From Paramicrosporidium saccamoebae KSL3 (Eukaryota; Fungi; Cryptomycota): a stretch of DNA of 32,000 nt. Below, one piece after another: positions 27,122-32,000 of this stretch (position 1 is the stretch's first letter; each line of letters opens with the position of its first letter). Below the pieces are notes generated by a model. It searched no databases, was not told where the DNA came from, and saw only the letters and a list, made by a program, of their open reading frames with translations. Both the position numbers and the translations under genes were made by a program. The DNA lies in assembly GCA_002794465.1 (NCBI GenBank), contig MTSL01000048.1, positions 50,535 to 82,534 of the forward strand, in the 5' to 3' direction.

Positions 27122-29482
27122 ATGCTTCTATGCACCGCAGCCATAGGGATGCTGGCCATCACACCCGTGATGTGCGGCAAAAAGACTGACAATGGTTATA
27201 TCGGCTACGTGGGCGGAGTATATGCCGTGGCGGAAGACTGGTGGGGAGTAGCCAAAATGTACGATTCCCTCAAAGAGAGCTGTCCTTCTTGTGCCGAGCT
27301 GCTTCTCAAACAAGCTCCCAGTGAGGCAATTAGAAAGGAGATTGAGGATGGACAGGTGCAGCTTTACAAACCCGGAGGTATGACTTCAAAACTGGCCTCG
27401 TTGGTATCCGGAAAGTACCCAGAATGGCCCGGCACTGGAACGCAGCTGTTAACAAACATCGAATTAGCCAGGTCGTTGCTGGAATCCAAACAATGGACTG
27501 CTCTGCGGGGACTGATTCTTGATGAAATATTGCCCGATCCAGACTATCCAAGGTACAACTTGCCTCGACGGATAGTAGTGGCCTGTGGACTGGCCTTGAT
27601 GGATTTCAAGAATGACTGTCCAAATTGTGTGGCCCCTTGGCGCACCAAAGAGGTCGGTGGCAAAGACCTCACCATTGGGAAAAAGGCAAAGATTATTGAA
27701 GCTGTCCTCAAGATGCGGAATAACAAGCTGATTATTTCGGGACCACACAAGGCATGCGAAGAGGTGGGCATGCGGAAAGACCTGGAAGGATGTGTTCGAG
27801 TATTAGTTGCGGGTGGATATAGTCGTGCCGATGAGCTGTTTGCAAACATCAAAAACGACGATGAGCTGACAGTTGTTGCTGGGTGTTTCTATTTGGAAAC
27901 GCGTGGTCCGAAGGAGGCTGTCAAATATTATGGAAATCGACCGCCGATCCAGAACAAGTCAATCTTGGAGTTTGTAGGTACCATGCGCAAGACACTACTT
28001 CCTCTCTCAGAGTGGCATTCAGCGGCCAAGACACTTGCAATGGCCTGTCCTTGTCAAGAAACAGAGTTGCCAATCTTTAGGCGAGTGCGTCGCTCGGCCA
28101 TGCTGAACCAAGAAGTCAAGGCAAGCATCAAGAATCGCGAAAAACTATTCTGGGCCCTGTGTGCAGCCCAGTACAAGGAGCCAGCCCGAGAAAACTATGA
28201 AAAACTAAAGACTGATTTAGATCCGATTCTGCCAGGATTGAAGGCGTCAACGATGGAAAAGGTCAAAGAAGCCTTGAAGTCGATGGAAGATTCCCTCCTC
28301 AGGACTGAGCTGATTGATCTATCACATGTGGCAAAATACCAGGATCACATGAACAAGGCAGTAAAGGCCCTTCAGGTCGGAGACATACCAAGTGCACAGG
28401 GACAACTCGACAGCGTTACCCAGAAAGTACGAGAGACAGGCGAGGCAGGCAGAGCGGAGGAGGATCCATCAGTGCAGTTTATCACTCTGATGATTGCAGC
28501 ATTCCGTAATCCACAAATTCTATTTCACGAGGCCATTTCATTCCTCCGCTTTGATGATTGGAAGTTTAACTGGTACGTTGCCCAGGCAGTTGATCAGTAC
28601 ACTTCGGGGGCTAATCGTGTTCTCCTAGTTGATCAGACGGTAGATCAGGACTTGTTCAATATGCAGTATGCATTGATCCTGTTCTTTTCAGGGAGATTTC
28701 AGGACGTCCTGGACTTGAACTTTGAACTGCCCGACTCGCTCAAAAATTACACTCTGTTATGTGCTATGAAGCGGCAGGATGTCTGTACCATTGCGCAAAA
28801 GCCGATAGTCCCAGGGGTTTCAGATGAGCCCAGTGTGCTATTGCAGACCATTCCTCCTAGTCTTTGCAATGCAATCAGGGCCGCCCAAAGTGCCAAAGCT
28901 GTGCGCGATCCTGTGGTTCCCCTTTCTCCAGAGAGCCGCCAAGTATTGACTAACATGTCAGCGCAGAGCTATTTGCAGCCGCCTCTGCCGAGTGAGGCAC
29001 GTATGAAGCCACTAAGTGCCGTGATGGAAGTGAGAATAATATCCCCACCACTGACGCTGGACCCTGAAGCAAAGGCACGACTGGAGGCGAGAAAGACGCT
29101 CCCCTATGACATGGTCAGCATTCCAGAAGGTGTGGAGACGAGGGGTGCGAGATTCCTAAAATCAATGAAAAAGCTAAAATCTTTTTTGAAGAAAGCAAGA
29201 ACCAAGAATGGAAAAGTTAATCTTGATGATGAAACGCGAGAGGCTGCTACCACATTAATTGACGATCTTCCCGTCGTCTTGGAAAGCAAAGATCTCTCTG
29301 ATGAGCAGCAGGATGGGATCGAGAAATTCTTTGCTGGAGTCAGGAAAAACTCGTCGTTCAAAATGTCACTGGACAGCAAGGAGGCTGTTTATGAGCTTAT
29401 TAAAGACCAATATGATGCTATTCGGAATGTAAAGTCGGATGACATTGAAAAATTATTTGAAGAAGAGGAAGATTCTGACTAA
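27122..29482 (+). CDS. 786-aa intronless hypothetical protein with N-terminal signal peptide, mostly helical, possibly TPR-like
   Basis: Long uninterrupted ORF; hydrophobic N-terminus MLLCTAAIGMLAITPVMCG; AATAAA at 29497. No family recognised. Confidence 0.75.
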   Translation: MLLCTAAIGMLAITPVMCGKKTDNGYIGYVGGVYAVAEDWWGVAKMYDSLKESCPSCAELLLKQAPSEAIRKEIEDGQVQLYKPGGMTSKLASLVSGKYPEWPGTGTQLLTNIELARSLLESKQWTALRGLILDEILPDPDYPRYNLPRRIVVACGLALMDFKNDCPNCVAPWRTKEVGGKDLTIGKKAKIIEAVLKMRNNKLIISGPHKACEEVGMRKDLEGCVRVLVAGGYSRADELFANIKNDDELTVVAGCFYLETRGPKEAVKYYGNRPPIQNKSILEFVGTMRKTLLPLSEWHSAAKTLAMACPCQETELPIFRRVRRSAMLNQEVKASIKNREKLFWALCAAQYKEPARENYEKLKTDLDPILPGLKASTMEKVKEALKSMEDSLLRTELIDLSHVAKYQDHMNKAVKALQVGDIPSAQGQLDSVTQKVRETGEAGRAEEDPSVQFITLMIAAFRNPQILFHEAISFLRFDDWKFNWYVAQAVDQYTSGANRVLLVDQTVDQDLFNMQYALILFFSGRFQDVLDLNFELPDSLKNYTLLCAMKRQDVCTIAQKPIVPGVSDEPSVLLQTIPPSLCNAIRAAQSAKAVRDPVVPLSPESRQVLTNMSAQSYLQPPLPSEARMKPLSAVMEVRIISPPLTLDPEAKARLEARKTLPYDMVSIPEGVETRGARFLKSMKKLKSFLKKARTKNGKVNLDDETREAATTLIDDLPVVLESKDLSDEQQDGIEKFFAGVRKNSSFKMSLDSKEAVYELIKDQYDAIRNVKSDDIEKLFEEEEDSD

Positions 29483-29504
29483 ATATATACCATTGCAATA
29501 AATC

Positions 29505-29711
29505 TGTGACGTAGAAGACTGATTAGTATGTCTTTTGGAAATAGTTCTCTAGTTTGGAGAAGGGATAATCAGAACAATCGATGAAGGATAATGAGATCTT
29601 TACCATTTGAGGATTATGTTATTTGTGAGACTATAAATGGGTCGTTGGATTGACTGAAGAAATTCTCTTCTCACCTAAACTGGGCCGTGGTATTATCCCC
29701 ACTACGCGACA
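29505..29711 (+). repeat. Dispersed repeat R2, copy 3
   Basis: Both end blocks align with 13997-14218 and inverted 16588-16776; the middle has diverged. Confidence 0.75.
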
Positions 29712-29872
29712 AATCTATTTCCTCATGCCATTCATGACCAAACTCTAGTAGCACCTTTGTATCTGGAGCTTTTTATTCACTGCTTTAACATGACTGGAGC
29801 GGTATCAAGAGAGATGTCTAAATAATTAGTATAGTTGCAGTTGGGACGAGGAGCCGTGACTGTGAAGTGGAG

Positions 29873-30025
29873 AGTAAAGATTCTGTTAAACAGCATCCGC
29901 TTATTATTGATCAGTCCGACCCAGGTAGCGGTCCCACGGCCCAGTTTAGTCCTATTAAGAATGGCTACCTATGAAGAAGCCATATATTTTATCAAAAAAA
30001 GTTCACTCATCAACAGATCCTTTAT
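29873..30025 (+). mobile_element. Dispersed repeat R1, MITE-like copy
   Basis: Inverted match to 10014-10169; 19-nt exact match to 4526-4544. Confidence 0.6.
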
Positions 30026-30637
30026 CCTTGGCTCATGTATATATAATGTGGTGGATTGATTAGCAGGCTCTTTGTTGTTCCACGGCGCCAAGACACCCCA
30101 CCCACAAGAATAATGAGAGCTGGCTTTATTAGTCATAAACTACATTTTATAGGCCCGAATCCTTCATTTGATTTCTGCAACAATTGGGCAACCACGTAAT
30201 ACTTAACGGTCAACTAAATCCAGAACTACGAAGAATTGTAGTCAAATATATGTGAGAAACGCAATAGTAGCCGCTCATCAAAGTGATAGACTGATTGACT
30301 GGTTGCTTGCTGAGAGTGAACCAGTTATGACAAAGAAAATCAGAAGCACAAAATGCAGAGAATGGGGCTGCCTTCTTCTCATTTAGACATCAGGCTTGAC
30401 GAACTGTGAATATTCCATGCAAGATGGGAATGATCGGCTCTCTTCCCGCTCAACCGAAAGCACGTGATTTTATCTGTGTTGACTTCCACTCTCTGACATG
30501 TACGGGCTAGAAATTCCAGTAAAGGATCGTTCCTGCTACGAGAGAGTATGGGCGAATACTTACCCGAGTTACTCTGGCTGATACGAATGCGGATATAAAC
30601 ATCAGCACAAGTCTGCTCGGGGTCAGGCGAGTCGAGC

Positions 30638-31306
30638 ATGGTCAAAGCAAGTCGCCCTCCCATCATACCTACGCTCCGTCGAGCTAAGGCCAAGGTCGAG
30701 TCTCGGTACCCAAATGCCTTTGATAAGGGTATTCCACTCTCACAAAGAGTTGAGGCTATGGTGCCTTTTGACGACGAACTGCTAGAGCTATTCCAGCTCG
30801 TTGAGGTTTTCTTGGCCACCGGCTACAGTGATTGGCGCAAGTTTCAAGAAAAGAACTTTCCTCTATACGATATCCACAATGGGTTCATCTTTCTGTATGA
30901 TAAGAAGGTCGACGAGTGCAAGGCACTGTTTAGTAAAAGACTCTTCCCTCCTACCAAGCCTGTTTCTTGGCAAGGACTTACCTTTGCAGAGATGAGAAAG
31001 ATGAACGGTCTCATACCCGATCACCTTTTAATAACAGGTGAGGGTGTCGAGTTGTATTTTCTCATTTCGAAGTTGAAGCCAGAGGGGCACCTCAATTTCT
31101 GCAAGACCTATTACTGTCTATCTGTTTATGAGAAGCTTACGAAAGACAGGATGGTCCCCCCTGAAAAGCTTGAACGAGGGCTGCAATATGTTTGGCATCT
31201 GTTTACCTCTCAAAGTTTGTATGGTACAATTTACCACAAGTTGTTGTCCGGCACTCCTGAGGAATTTGTTGAGTTTTTGGACATTGTCGTGGGACAAGCA
31301 TCCTGA
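30638..31306 (+). CDS. 222-aa hypothetical protein
   Basis: ATG-initiated ORF with protein-like composition; no recognised domain; true start uncertain. Confidence 0.55.
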   Translation: MVKASRPPIIPTLRRAKAKVESRYPNAFDKGIPLSQRVEAMVPFDDELLELFQLVEVFLATGYSDWRKFQEKNFPLYDIHNGFIFLYDKKVDECKALFSKRLFPPTKPVSWQGLTFAEMRKMNGLIPDHLLITGEGVELYFLISKLKPEGHLNFCKTYYCLSVYEKLTKDRMVPPEKLERGLQYVWHLFTSQSLYGTIYHKLLSGTPEEFVEFLDIVVGQAS

Positions 31307-31630
31307 GGTGCACTGCTAGCCAAGAATTTGCGAATCTATCTTGAACAGCTCGATGGTCAGGCGGAACATTTGTGAGTATTAGCCAGTTTAGGGGCTTAAA
31401 TATGACCCGCTAATTGTAAGTAACTATAGGCAACTAAAGTACCTGTTATTAAACGACGAAAAGCTGAAAGTACGTGCACTAGTCTAATCATCTAGAGTGA
31501 GCACGAGGGATCTTGTGGCCAGCCACTCGGCATATAGCCGTAGCTTTTAAGTATACCTATTTAGCATGTTTTTCTAGCGCTTATGATGAAAAGTGGAAAA
31601 ATAGATAAGAGAAATCATGGGTATGAAGAA

Positions 31631-31781
31631 ACAGACTTGTCCGAGCGGATCAACAGGATTGTGCTAATATCAAATCTGGAGCAACAAATCTGTCCGTTGG
31701 TATTTAAATTGACAAACGGTCAAAACTACTGCTCCAGACTTGGTATTAAACAATTCTGTCGATCAGCTCGGGCAAGTTTGT
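31631..31781. repeat. ~150-bp imperfect palindrome (foldback)
   Basis: Arm 31631-31683 vs reverse complement of 31730-31781: 44/53 identical; the inner part also pairs around a central ATTTAAAT. Confidence 0.85.
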
Positions 31782-32000
31782 GCCTCCGAATTCGGCCGTC
31801 TGTTCCCTAATGGCTTTGTAGTATGGAACTTTTGATGCAATATCAGCGAGACTAGCTGTCGTTTGGTTGGTGAGAAAGGTGCTACACCATGCCATGCCCT
31901 CGAGCAACACTACAGCCTCCCCGCTGTGACAATACAACCTCGGTGCGCCGTAAAGAACTCCTCCCACCTGCCACACTATCCCCAAGATAGGCGGCATGTT

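Noticed and set aside
13997-30025. R1/R2 as CRISPR-like or prokaryotic elements, or bacterial contamination of the array
   Set aside because: No regular repeat-spacer pattern; array genes have eukaryotic signal peptides, one has AATAAA at its stop, and they lie between intron-containing genes.
30200-30390. Short F-box-like peptide (QLNPELRRIVVKYM) upstream of the 222-aa ORF
   Set aside because: Too short and followed by a stop; resemblance could be chance.
31746-32000. Minus-strand 83-aa ORF running off the window end
   Set aside because: No recognisable motif and it overlaps the palindrome arm; cannot be judged without downstream sequence.

Overview
Eukaryotic DNA from a very compact genome with tiny GT-AG introns (29-35 nt), near-zero spacing between core genes, and poly(A) signals that often overlap stop codons. 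The proteins are fungal/opisthokont-like. The layout suggests an early-diverging Rozellomycota/microsporidia-related parasite (Paramicrosporidium-like); this is inference, not verified. Core genes: INO80 (5'-truncated), a KH-domain protein, an EST1/SMG5-7 protein with a degenerate PIN domain, a Tpa1/OGFOD1-like protein lacking its iron ligands, mei2-like RRM, SRP19, a WBP4-like zinc finger, WRAP53/TCAB1, UCH37, METTL5 and PIG-A. The most striking accessory region (4.8-13.7 kb) is a tandem array of seven intronless, signal-peptide-bearing paralogs in order A-A-B-C-D-B-C. From memory their motifs resemble the actinobacterial DUF6081 family, making this a candidate horizontally acquired, secreted and diversified family. 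Also present: a bacterial-type O-methyltransferase split by two micro-introns, a 786-aa orphan secreted protein, two linked families of degenerate non-coding repeats beside accessory genes, and a ~150-bp imperfect palindrome near the window end.
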